Shown: piece by piece, positions 31,987 through 45,400 of the stretch
Layout: every line of letters begins with the position of its first letter
Numbering within the stretch: the stretch's first letter is position 1
From: Paraspadella gotoi
Taxonomy: Eukaryota; Animalia; Chaetognatha
Direction of reading: 5' to 3'
Length of the DNA: 64,000 nt
NCBI GenBank assembly: GCA_051294375.1
Contig: CM119270.1
Span: 9,864,016-9,928,015, forward strand
Translations under genes and position numbers: made by a program
Notes under the pieces: model-generated
What the model saw: the letters and a program-made list of their open reading frames with translations, nothing else
Told to the model about the DNA's origin: nothing
Databases searched by the model: none

Positions 31987-33915
31987 TCAAAAAGAACTCT
32001 CTCTTCGTCCCACGACGTCGGATACGTATCCCTGTCCGATCGGATAGCTCCTTTGTTCGATCGGATAGCTTCTTTGCCCGGTCACTCCTCTTCTTTCTAC
32101 TTCCTCCCGACGCCTCCGCCCGTCGGCGCGGTGTTGCTCCTCAGTGACGTGACCCACCGCTTCTCGGCTTGAAGAATCCGTGACAAAGGCCCGATTGTCC
32201 CACCCGCGATCGCTATCCCGCCTCGCTCCCCTGCCCGCCCTCTCTCCCCTTCCTGCCCTCTCTCCGCCGCTTCCTCTTTCTCTAAAGACTTCTTCCTCCG
32301 CCCCCCTTCCCCCCTCTGCTCCCTTGAAGCAGCAACAGGTTGTAAAGCAGCAAGTAAAGACGACGACGATGAAGACGACGTAAACGACGTTGAAGACGAC
32401 GACGACGGCGACGACGGACTCGGGGTGTCGTCGGAGGTGCAGGCGGACGGAGTCGTCGCGTGGTGACTCGGCGGTAGGGTGGCGAGGGGTGGTTCTTGAA
32501 AAGGGAGCGGGAAGAGGAAGAGTGGAATTTAAAATAAAAAAAAACATTAGATTACAATTAAAAAAACAAAATGCTATAGAAACCAACACATATCAGTCAT
32601 GTCATCCAATTCTCTGACATCAACTCACTGTGAATCGATTGTAACCATCAATTCTTCTGTCGTCGACACAAGTTTCTGCGTGGCTGACGCAGCCGAGGAA
32701 GCTGCCGCCGACGCTGCGAAAGCCGCCAAAGCTGAGGACGCAACCAAAGCCGACGTTGCAGACGCACCTGTCGACGCTCTCCCGTCGAAAGTCGGCGTCG
32801 GTGTCGTGACGAGGATTGATTTATTGCGAAAGGAATTGACGGTCGCTTCGTCGGCGCCACTCGTCGCTTTCGATTGGGGCGTGGCGACCGACGGCGTGGT
32901 TAATGAGGTTTCATTTTCTGTCGATATCGTCGTTGCGTTTTCGGCGTCAAAACCAGAGCCTTTGACGCTCGTGCCGTTGACGTCGTAGTCAACTAAAGTA
33001 GAGCTCGGCGTCGCGGTGGCGTTGAAAATGTTCTCCGAGGTGGCGCCGGTTAATTCCAAAGAAGACGACGGCGTCGTTTCCGTCGCCGAGGAAAAAGACG
33101 AAGAGACCAAAGGGCGAAACGTCGTCGCCATCGTCGTCGCTTTCATCGTCTCACCCGTCATCATCGCCAAAGTGTTTCCAGTCATTCCCAACCACGCCAT
33201 CGATCCTTTGTCGTCTCCGCCACGATCGAAACCCGCCATCGCCACGCCACGCCACTCCGCCACGAACAGCGCCACCGGCACAAACGTCAACAGCATCGTT
33301 GCAGTGGCGCAGTGAGTTCGATATCGACCTAAGTTCGTCTTCAATGCGTCAGAGAAACGAGCGTAGGCCAACCCTGTCGTCGAGAAAAGGTGGCAGCGGT
33401 TATGAGAAATTGAATGGTGAAGAATTTAAAAATGCTGATCGCCTCTTTCATTGCTAATTGCTGATCTTGGTATTTTATTTTATTAATTTTTAAACTTATT
33501 TATATCTTAAATAAAAATGTTACAACAACTATAAACCACGCAATTTAAAATCGACATGGATTAGCGCCTTGGCGACGCGACTTTCTTACCCGCGTGCGCC
33601 AACAAGATAGCGTTGTAGAGAAGGACAGCGGGATGGACGGCGGCCGACGCCAACGCCACCGGAAGTGGAAAAGGCGAGGAGAGAGAGAGAGGAGAAGACG
33701 ATCATGAAGGAGACGATGAGAGGAGAAGGGGAGGGAGAATCGTCGTCCAGAAAGACGGAGCTAAATTTAGAGTTAGCGAAGAAGTTGGACGCTGGCTCTA
33801 TTTCTTCCTCTTTCTCTTTCTCTCTTTTTTTCTTTCTTTCTTTTTCTTTTTCTTTTCTTTTTCTTTTTCTTTTCTTTTTCTTTTCTTTTCTTTTCTTTTT
33901 CTTTTTTTTTCTTTT

Positions 33916-33977
<62 letters not shown>

Positions 33978-36010
33978 ATCTTCCTCTCAAATGCAGTTCA
34001 TTTTTTCGTAATCCCTGTAATTCTGTCCACCTTAACCCTCTCTTTCTTTCTTCCTTTCTCTTCGGGTTTTTCGACACTTTTTATTTAAATTCACCAGCAA
34101 AAGACATTAAATCCTCATCCATCCTTGATTTTGTATCATAACACCCCCAACCCATTCCCGCCAATATTAGCTATTCCTATAATATAGACTTCTGTTCCAC
34201 CTTTCAGTCAACCACCCTTGCGCCACCTTCGACTCCTTACCCGAAACTGTAAGAGGCGTCATAAACGGCGACGACGAAACCGACGACGATCGCCGTCGCC
34301 TGGAGACCGGAAGTGATGTCATCGGCTACGACGACGAAGACGTGAAAGGCGAAGAGAGGTAGGGAGAAGAGGGCGAAGCTTGTCATGTGAAGGTAAGCTT
34401 GGTAGCGTTCGAGGCGGGGAAGCAAGTAGTGCTTACCCGTGGAGAGTAGCTGGAAGGGATCGAAAGGACGATAAAAGACTCGTCTTGTCTGCGGTAGCGA
34501 TCAGAAAAAAAAAATACAGGGGCTACGTATTTGAAAACTAAATTTGGCGTAAAAAAAGTAAAAAAAAAGATAAAATTACTTTTAGATTTTGAAATTTTTT
34601 TAATTAGTTTGTAATGACACTTCTTGATTTCTCAAAAATTTAATAATTAATTATTAGAATGGAGCACTGGGGTAGGGGAAGCCCCACTCAATGGGGTGAG
34701 TCAAAAATTTAGAATGCTTACATGCTCAAANNNNNNNNNNNNNNNNNNNNNNNNNCAAAAATTTTACATTTTGAAGTATACTTTCCAATGGACAAAACAT
34801 TTCTGCTTATCAGCAGATCCCGACTCTATAACTCACTTTGTCGGTCCGTCGGTCCGCCCCTCAATATTGTCGGGCTCACACTTATATCATGTCAGAACAT
34901 CGAATTATGATAAATTATGCAAAAAAAATTATGTCCGTCCGTCCGTCCGTGCTGTCCGTCCGTTCCGTCCGTCCGTTCCGTCCCCACCTTACAAAAAACA
35001 CCAATTACTCGTGATTGGATAGATGGATTTAAATGAAATTTTGTGTGAGGATAGGTAAGCGTGTGATTGAGCTGGATATGAAGTTTCGAGTGGAAATGAG
35101 TTTAAATGGAAAAAACAAAAAAAATATATTCACTATGATTGAACACCAATTGCTCATGAGTGGATGGGCTGATTGACCTGGAATTTTGTATGTGTGGGTA
35201 GGAAAGTGTGTGATCGAACAGGAAATCAAGTTCGATGGAATAGTTGAGTGGAAATGAGTTAAATGGAAAAAAACAAAAAACCTGCTTCTTTTTCCTTTAT
35301 ATTAAATGTATATGCAGGAGTGTATAATAAATCAAATAATTAATCAGTTATTAATCAATTAGTAAATAAATTAATCATATAATTAATTAATTAGTCAATC
35401 AATCCGTCCATCCGTCCCATCTTAGCAAAAAGCTCCATTAACTCGTGATTGGCTGGTTGGATTGGAATTAAATTTTGTCTGTGAGTAGGAAAGTGTGTGA
35501 TAGAGCTGGATATAAAGTTTCGATGGAATCGTGTGAGTGGAAATTAGTTAAATGGAAAAAACATAAGTCGAATTTACTAAATCTTTTTTTACTTATTTTA
35601 AACCAATAAATACTCTAATTAATCATAATGGATGGGATAGATTGAGTTGAAATTTTGTGTGTGGGTAGGAAAATGTTGTGACGAAGCTTGATATAAAGTT
35701 TCAGTGGAAACGTACCAGTGGAAATGAGTTTAAATGAAAAAAATATGAGTCACATTTACTTGAATCTTTTTATTTATTTTAACCCATGATAGATTGAGAT
35801 GAAATTTTGTGAGCCAGTAGGAAAGTGAGTGAAGAAGCTAGATATAAAGTTTTGACGGAATGCAAGTTGAAAAAATGATGCAAGTTGAAAAAATGATGCA
35901 AGGTAAAAAAAATCTTAAAAGCATAAGGATCGTCGCTATTGCATAAAAGAGAGAGAGAGAAAGAGAGAGTGAGAGAAAGAGAGAGGTGAGAGAGAGAGAG
36001 AGAGAGAGAT

Positions 36011-36052
<42 letters not shown>

Positions 36053-39000
36053 CATAAAATAAAAAAAATCTTAAAATTAGTCTCAAATCGAGCCAGAGCG
36101 CGACTATCAAAGAAAATTAATGAAAAAACCCTGGGAAAAAAAAACAATAGAATCAGGCGGATTAACGAATTATGATGTAATAGTGTAATTGATTGACTGG
36201 TAAATACTAATTAGCTTGTTCCGAAACGTTAACTGTTAACGGTTATCTAACGGTTATAAATAATTTTACTTAACCGTTAATGATTATTCATTCTTAACGC
36301 GTAAATTCGGGTTAATTTTTAAATGTGATTTTTCATTTTTGATATGGAAACTCTTTAAATTTAAAAAATAAAAAACTATTTTTTTTTTTCTGTTCTCCTT
36401 ATTCTCCTCTCTCCTTCTTCACCATATTTTTACCCCTCTCTCTTTTGCTCCAATTTTTCCCGTCTTTTTTCCTTTTTATTACTTCTGTTTCTATCCGCAT
36501 CTCTCTCCTTATTCTTTCTTCCCCTTATATCTCCTCCTGTTGCCTTCTTGTCTCATTCTCACTTTTCCCCTTTTCTTTTCCCCACTTTCTTTTTTCTTTT
36601 TTTCGCCCTTTGCTTTACTTCCTTTTTTTTGGCTCCTTCATGCAACAATATGTATTCAATCTTAGCTAAAAAACAATAATCTCCCTTATGATACCTCACT
36701 TCGAGAGCCAATATTTAGGTTTATTTTATATGAATTTTATCGGGTCCCTGGAGGATGATATCAATATTTCACTTGCAAAAAACCGTTTTTAAAATCCTCT
36801 TAAAATGGTTTCCTAGATTATTAGTCATTAAACGTTCAGCGCTTAATAATAATAAAAACCAAATAAAAGTTTTTTGGGGGTTGTCTGTCAGTTACTAGAG
36901 GCTTGGTCTCGGCGTTCACGATTTAATACATTGTATACATATGCGTTGCATATTGTTTTTCTTTATTCAAAGATTGTTACTCTGAAGCCGAATTGGAAAA
37001 CTTAATCTCATTCGTAATCCATAGTGGCATAATCTTCTACCGGCATCGCTAAATGTTACCGATCTTGGTCAAGTTGCCGTCGACGACAGCGCCCTGTTAT
37101 CGCCCACGGGATCGTCACCATGACGTAGCGTTGATGGTCTCCCTGATTGTCTGTTCGTACAGAATCGATGGACATGGACCGGCGTCTCATGTACTCGATT
37201 CCATTGGAAAAAATAATGCGAGAGGTCATTTGTTTATTTACCATATTTATGTTTATTACATATTCATTGTTTACTTTTCTATTTCCTGTTTCTTCATGAA
37301 TCACAAATTAATTTTTTTGGTTTTAATCATTTTTTAAATTATTCATTTATTTATTTCATTCCATTTAATCATCATTTAATTTTCATTTATTCGATTCAGT
37401 CATTTTATTTCACATGCATTCCATTCCAATGAATTGTATTCGATTCATTCATTTTTCATTCCAATCCTATAAATTCCCATCCCATTAATTGCCATTCATT
37501 CAATCGCATGCCACTCTATTCACATCCTTTCATGCCATTCATTCAATCCAAGCCAATCTTATTCACATCGCATTCATGCCATTCATTCAATCCAAAGCAA
37601 TCTATTCACATCCATTAATGCCATTCATTCATTCCAATGTGCAATCTGATTCACATCCATTCATGCCATTCATGTGCAATTCCATGCCAATCTATTCACA
37701 GTCCATTCATGCCTTCATTCAATCCATGCCAATCTATTCACATCCATTTCATGCCATTCAGTTCAATCCATGCCAATCTATTCACCTCCATCATGCCATC
37801 ATTCAAATCCAAGCCAATCTATTTCACATTTCCATTCATGGCCATTCATCAACCAAGCCAGAATCTATTCACATCCATTCATGCCAGTTCATTCAATTCC
37901 ATTTGCCAATCTATTGCACTCCATTCATGCCCATTCATTTCTAATTCCAAGCCAATCTATTCACATCATTCGATGCCATTCATTCAGATCCATGCAATCT
38001 ATTTCACATCCATTCATGCCATCAATTCATTCCAAGCCAATCTATTCACATTCATTCATGCCCCGATTCATTCAATCCAAGGCCAATCTATTACATCCAT
38101 TCATGCCATTCAGTTCAATCCAATGGCCAATTATTCACATCATTTCATGCCATTCATTTTCAATTCCAAGCCAATCTATTCACATTCCATTCATGGCCAT
38201 TTCATTCAATTTCCAAGGCCAATCTATTCACTCCATTCATGCCATTCATTCAATCCATGCCAATCTAGTTCACATCCATTCATTGGCCATTCATCAATCC
38301 ATGCCATATCTATGCACATCCATTCATGCCATTCATTCAAATCCATGGCCAATCTATTCACATCCATTCGATGCCATTCATTCAATCCAAGCCAATCATA
38401 TTCACATCCATTCATGGCCATTCATGTCATCCAAGCCAATTCTATTCACCGTCCTTCATGCCAGTTCAACCCATTCCTTAGTCATTTCCATTTCATGCCA
38501 TCCCTTCCATTGTCATTTCCATCCTCGCTCAATGTCGCGTTGTCTTAATCTCAAGTTTACGATCCTCGATGGAGGTATTAACTCAAATTGTCTGCGGGGC
38601 GCTCAACGGAAGCGTATAGGAGATTAAACCGTCAGAACTCTTGTGTGCCGCTTAAACTTGTAAAATTAGTAGAGGATGGTTTCCGGAGTCCATTTCCCAA
38701 ACTACTGATCAATATTTGAACGATGGGAAAGTCAACAAAAAGAGGCAAAGAGGAGAAGATATATTGCTCCTGCCGGGTAGACCGAAACGCGTTCTGAGAA
38801 TTAAACAAATAAGATCCACGGGGATTATTTCCTATTTATATATTGTATATATAATTATATTAATATATATAAAAGAGCAAAGAGTAGAAGATTAATTCTC
38901 GTCCAGTGTTAGGACCGAATACGCCGCTCTGAGAATTAAGTTTGTAATTTATTTCTGTAGATTGCTTTTTATTATAAGTATCGATGCCTGAATTTACTTG

Positions 39001-42000
39001 GAAAATCTATATAAATGATAACATTGTTTATTAATAGATGTAAATCTAAAATTGACAGCGGAAAATAAACCCAACAAAACAGCCGTTTTAATTTTTTCTA
39101 CCTCGCAGGTTTTAAAGTTAATATCAAATACTGCATAGAATTAACTTGTTCAAGTTTCAACACCAGGCAAGCACTTGATATTCGTGAATGGATTTAAAAA
39201 AAAATATTTCAGGATTTCACCGTTTGAATTTGATGATTTTGAGCGTGAGAGGCTGTTAGAACCGGGACGTAAACGTAGAGTTCCCTGTGAATCCGTATGA
39301 TATAATACGATCGTCAGTGAAAAAATTCCGGTTGGAAACCAGAAGTAAAATTGATCATTCGTTAAGGTATCACACGGCTACCGTCCGTTCGTTGAGTCGT
39401 GGCGTTCATTCTGTGGCTCGCGCGCGGTTGTAACGGTATTTTGGGTTTTCGGGTTCGCTTATAATCTTGCGTATTTGCGTTATTTTTTTTTTCTCGGGGC
39501 ATTATTTCTGCTGTGCAGTATTTAATGCTTGATATTGTATGCTTTCTGAGGTGAGGTATTAGGGGTGGTTGGTAAGTGACGGACTGCGTATTTTCGAATC
39601 GTCTAGCATTTGCTGGTATTGGGTTTATGGGTTTGGCGTTTTATCTCCAATTCCCGCTTGTGGCACACATGCGCCAGTTATTACTGTATTTTTTTCCGTT
39701 GTTTCATTTTCGATTTTTCAGCCGCCTTGTTAACGATAAGAGAACCGATGTTCGAAATGAATGTGAATTGGCAAACAGCGGCTCTCTTTTCCTGAGAGGT
39801 GGCCCGTTGTCTATTTATTCCATAATTCAATTATTGATTTTTAAAAATTAATTTTAAAAAGTATATTTAATCGTTTATTAACCAATTACTAACCTCTTAT
39901 TTCGTAAATTCTTTGACTTGAAATACTTAAGCCTAAACCTTTAATTTCTAACCTTAACTTCTGATACCTTTAAAAATATTTAGTCCCTAACCGAAATCTG
40001 CTAAGCCAATCCGCTACTGGGCTGAATTCCCTAACCTTAAAAATAACTTACTTAATCCTTTAACCTTAATCCTTAAACCTAATCCTTAACCTAATTTTTA
40101 ACCTTAATCCTTAACCTAATCCTTTAATCTAGTTTTTAACCTAAATCTATAACCTAATTTTTAAAACCTAATCCTTAACCTAATTCGCTTAACCTAATTC
40201 CTCACCTAATCCCATTTAATCTAATCGCTTAACCTTTATATATTTTATTTTAACCTTAGCCTAGATCCTAACTTAATCCTTATCTTAATCTGTTAAACTT
40301 AATCCTTAACGCTAATCCTTAAACATAATTTTAAAAGTTAACTTTATTTTCAAAAATTGTATATTCTTGAAGTTCTATAGAAATAAAAAGGGGCGCTTTG
40401 GATATAATGAAGGCGCCAACAGTTGATGTGGTTGAATCCAAAGTCCAAACACTGAAATACCTTTTGATAAGTTTGCCTTTTTATAGTATTTCTGTCTCTG
40501 CTCTCTCTCTCTCTCTCTTCTTCTCTCTCTCTCTCTCTTCTCTCTCTTCTCTCTCTCTCTCTCTCTTCTCTCTCGTCTCTGCTCTCTTCTCTCTCCATGA
40601 GTTTTATTTGTTTAGTGTGTCCTTTCACATGCTTTTCACATCTTTGTTACAGCCCGTTACAGTCGGTTAGAGCACCAGCGATCTTAATCCTTGTGTCGTG
40701 GGTTCGAGCCGCCACATTGTGCGCCACTCTACTGAGGGACTCTGGTGTTCTGAGAGCTGGGTTCTATATAGCGTCTTATCAAAACAGGACGATGGAAATG
40801 GAGCGTGTGAATTAAATGTATTTTCACAACTGCAGGTCTATACTTTATATCGAAAATGAATATTAATAAGGAGTCCAAAATAAAGGGAGAGATGACAGTG
40901 TCTGATGAGAGAGGAGACTGAACCGTGAAACGTTGAACCGCGGACACCCGAATCCCTGTGAGGAGGTATGAGGAGCGGGAGGAGTGGAAAAGATGAGATG
41001 AAGAGGGAGCTGTTAGACCCGCGTCGTCTACCGACCCGTCGCATTCTAGGGTATATATGACAATTTAAGTTGATAGTATCTACAACCAGAACTATATAGG
41101 CTTTTGTCGCCCTAAGTCATTAGTAAACGATTCTTTTCTGAGATTACAACCTAATACCGTTGCCTGTTACTCTAATCACGATGTTGGGTAAAGTTCTGTT
41201 TTAGAGATGACGTGCAGTGTATACGTACAGGTCGTACACTGTTCCTCGACAGATGTTGCGCATTAACGAAACAGGTGCGTCCTTTGTCGGTTTATGCTCG
41301 TTGGCAGTGCGCGGACCAAAAAATTTCATTACTTTCCTCATCCATATAATGGAGAATTCGGAGACCTTATACTATTTTTACGATTCGAGTCCGTCGGAGC
41401 AGAGAGAGTTGGACGAGGCGAGGAGAGTCAGGAAAGGGATGAGAGGCGAAAAAGAGAGAGACGAGAGAGAGAGAGATGAGAGAGATGAGATGAGAGAGAT
41501 GAGAGAGAGAGCATGACGAGAGAGACGAGGGAAGATGGGGAGGCGATGCGGAAAAGGAGGTGGAAAAAGTTAGAGAGAAAGAAGGGAGAAGAAGAGAGGC
41601 AGAGAGAGGAAAGAGGTGGGAAAAGGATGGAGAGGAGAGAATGAAAGAAGAGAGAGAGAGAGAGAGAGAGTGAGAGAGAGAGAGATGAGAGAGAGATGAG
41701 AATAAGAGCTAGATGAGAGAGAAGGTTTAAAAGAAAAAAAAAAGAGGGAGAATGGCAGTCGGAGGGTATGGAAAGATGGGAAAAATCTTGAATGTAATAA
41801 AAAAAGAAAAAAAGATTTTACTCTATGCGAAATCATGGAAATTGGGACAATGAGAGAGAGAGAGACAGATGATGCCCGAGTCGGGAGAGAGAGAGAGTGA
41901 GAGAGAGATTGAGAGATTGGAGAGATGAGAGCATGGATGAGGAGAGGAGAGAGAGAGGAGAAGAGAGAGAGCAGTTGAAAATGAGAAAGAGCGTTGAGTG

Positions 42001-42369
42001 AATAAGAATAAAGTAATAAAGAAAGAAAGTAATAAGTAGTCATGAAAACGTTTACATACGTATTGTAATAAACCACAAAAAATAAAAATTGAACCGAAAA
42101 AAAAAAAATGCCTCCTTTGCACTGCGATGAGATAATTCCTGATATTTAAGTGAACTTCCTTTGTTGTGACTCATCCAAGATTGAGATCACAGTTTATGAA
42201 ATGACGCGTCAAACTTGTTTCTCTCTCTCTCTCTCTCTCTTTCTCTCATCTCTCTCTCCTCTCTCTTCTCTCTCTTCTCTCTCTCTCTCTCTCATTTAGC
42301 GATTTAAGAAAGCGCGATTTAAGTTCGTCTCGATGGGCGCGCTTCTTTGTTATTTAAAGACTAAGGCCA

Positions 42370-42418
<49 letters not shown>

Positions 42419-45400
42419 GTCTCTTCTCTCTCTCTCTCTCTCTCTCCTCTTCTCTTCTCTTCTTCTTGTAATCGATCCGACGAATTTTTTTTGTTTGATT
42501 TTTGAAGGGGATTCACAAAAAGGGGGCGTTTAGAACTGAAGGATGTTCTTATTCCAATTCAACCGGACGTCGAAAAAAGGGAAAAACTTTTGTTGCAGGG
42601 CTGCTGTATGCCATAAGTGATGGATTTATGTATGATGATTGATGATGATGGATGATAATTTGATGATGATGTATGATGAATTGCATGGATGACGACTGGA
42701 CGACGATTACGCAGGATGAAAATCATGTCCAAACAGCTTTTCAGAGATGTTCATTTTTTTTTAAGCTTGATTAGCTCATTTTATTTTTAGACTTATTTTG
42801 GGGAACGTTTCCTCAATCTTCACGTTAAGATTTTTGTCCACGAACCTAGTTCCCAAAGCCTCTTCCACAACCCAGTTCCACAGACTCTTCCACAACCAAT
42901 TCCACAGACTTCTTTCCACAACCCAGTTCCTAAAGCCTTCTGTTCCACAAACCCCAGCTTCCACAGACTCTTCCACAACCCCATGTTCCACAGACTTCTT
43001 CTCACAACCCAGGTTCCAAAGCCTTCGTTTCCAAAACCCAGTTCACAGCTTTTTCCAATAACCAGTTCCAGGACTCTTCCACAACCGCATGTTCCACAGC
43101 CTCTTCCACAACCCAGTTTCCGACAGCCTCTTCCATCAACCCACCTGTTTCCACAGCTTTCTTCCACAACCCAGTGTCCACAGGCCTTCTTCCACAACGC
43201 TAGTTCTACAGCTTTCTTCCTCAACCCCCTTCACTCTGCCATCAACCAAAGGTTAAAAAATCCAAAATTCATCTTTCATCTTTACACAAACAACCGAGGG
43301 CCAGCGCTGCCTGCTCGATGTCGCGCCTTCTTTTGATGAAATTCGAGCTTAGGTAACTTCATTTTGTACTCGAAATCTTCACCTTTTTTTATCTCTTCAC
43401 TTTTTCACTTCTCTCCCTTTTCACTGTGTCAGTTTGTTCACGCTCTTTCGACTCTCTCTTCTCGACTCGGGGCTGTGATTGTGGAACGTAAGTCATCGGT
43501 GAACGTCAGCTTCCGATTCTCTTTCACGCGTAAGAAATAAGGAAAATTTCGTGAGCTTGAAAAAAAAAAAAATCTCGTTGACGGGATTAAAAAAAAAAAG
43601 GAAAAAAAAGGACGGGTTGATAAAAACCCGGGATGCTAAGAAGTTTTTTGTTTTCGGTTCTGTTTTTTTTCCTTCCACAAAATTTTGTTTTTGTGTGTGT
43701 GTTTTTTATTTGTATTTGTTTGTATTTTTAAGTCGCTTGGAGATTCAAGTTTTTGTAATCTGACGGATGTTGAGGAAGCAGAGTATTTTTTTAAGGGGTG
43801 AACCAAGCAACCATCGCAAATCGTACAGTTTAAAAGTAAGTGAAATTTTAGAGAAAAAATAATTTTGTATATTTTACTAGTGTCTTGCGGCAGATTAGTT
43901 GAATACTACAGTATTTTCTTTCATGTTGAGGTTTTGTGGTTGGGCTGGTGGTAGATATTAGCTAGAGACTGTTTTACGTGTACATTTTTAAAAAGACCCA
44001 CTAGCGTGATGGATTTCTGAGTGCGTCCAGTTTAGTTATTGATTGCATTTTTTTCACAATTTGTCATTTGGTCGTTGACACTTAGTCGTCGTCTCTTTTT
44101 AAAATTTAGGTATTGTACCAATAGGATAAATTGAGATGCTCCCTCTTTGCCGAAATTTTTATTTAACAAAGATTTGTACTGGGTAGTTCAAATCCTTAGT
44201 TCTCTAACTGTAAAAAAAGTTATTTTCTTGAATAACTTTGGAAAGAAAAGAGGTAGGAATGTGGGTGAGGTATCAAATTAAAGCCCTAATCATGGGACAC
44301 CTTTCTAAAATAGTTTTATTAAATTTTATCCATAAATCTTTACACAGCTTTTATTTAAATCGGAGTTAAAAGTATAACAGTTTTTTGCATTAAAAATTTC
44401 AATGAAGGCATGTGAAATTTTTTTTCTTCTTTCGTAATTTGAAAAAGGAAAGACTAAATTACATTTTGATAACCATTAAATCTTCTCTACTCTATAAATT
44501 TGCTTGTATTTTTTAGTTAAAGTAAAAAACAAGCAAAAATTTATGAAGTAGCTGGATAAAATGTTTTTTTAAATATGAAAAATGATAAATACAAAAATAT
44601 TTTCAGATTGATATAAACAGTCTGAACGTCTACCTTCTTGTCTGTGAAAAAAAAAATTGTCATTTTTCATTATCTACAACTGCAAACAAAAAGCTTGACA
44701 CGCTGCTTGTTTATGATAATAAAATTTTTAAAAATGACATTGCTGGCGACATATTTGACAAAGCAAGACNNNNNNNNNNNNNNNNNNNNNNNNNAAAATG
44801 TCCCGTGTGACCTTAAATTCGAACAATATATCGTTGGAAGACTTCATATTTGGCCGCGTCGCGAGTTACAGCGAGAGAGAAGAGAGAGAGATTTTTTTTT
44901 TTTTCTCTGAAAATAAAGAGACTAATTTGACAATTAAACAATAAGAAGATTTAAACGATTAAACGATGAGTATTGAGCAAGAAAATTGCACTAATGGCCT
45001 AAAAATAAAATTCACATACAATTAAGGATCATTGGCGGACATTGGCTAAATTGGAAAAGTAATTAGCTATATCAATGAAAATCCAATGAAGTGAATATTC
45101 AGCATTACACTAGGCCATTTGCCATTTTTTTTTAAAGTCATAGACAGAAAACTTGGCAAATGAAAAAAAAAAAGTAAATGACTATCATTAATCGGTACCA
45201 TAACATTTATACTAGGCCATTGCCTCTTTTTTTTTAAGTCATAGACAGAAACTTGTCAATTTTTTTTTTTTTTAAACCGATCAACTATAGAAAAGGCATA
45301 AGAGAGAGATCATGGTAAAAATCCTTTAGACATAGAGAGCCGCTAAATTTGATCAAGGAGACGGATGCGGAGATTTCTTGGGAGAACAGATCGGTGAGAG

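Noticed and set aside
37490-38470. CRISPR-like periodicity
   Set aside because: Contiguous degenerate tandem units with no unique spacers; no cas genes; eukaryotic context.
37489-38627. Long His/Ser/Ile-rich ORFs (303 and 317 aa)
   Set aside because: Translations of a ~42-bp satellite that lacks stop codons; several frames are open.
40030-40330. Interstitial telomere
   Set aside because: Degenerate 12-bp unit, not a pure TTAGG or TTAGGG array.
41217-42533. ORFs rich in ER or LS repeats (also 33665-34141, 35779-36147, 51310-51634)
   Set aside because: Produced by (GA)n/(CT)n microsatellites.
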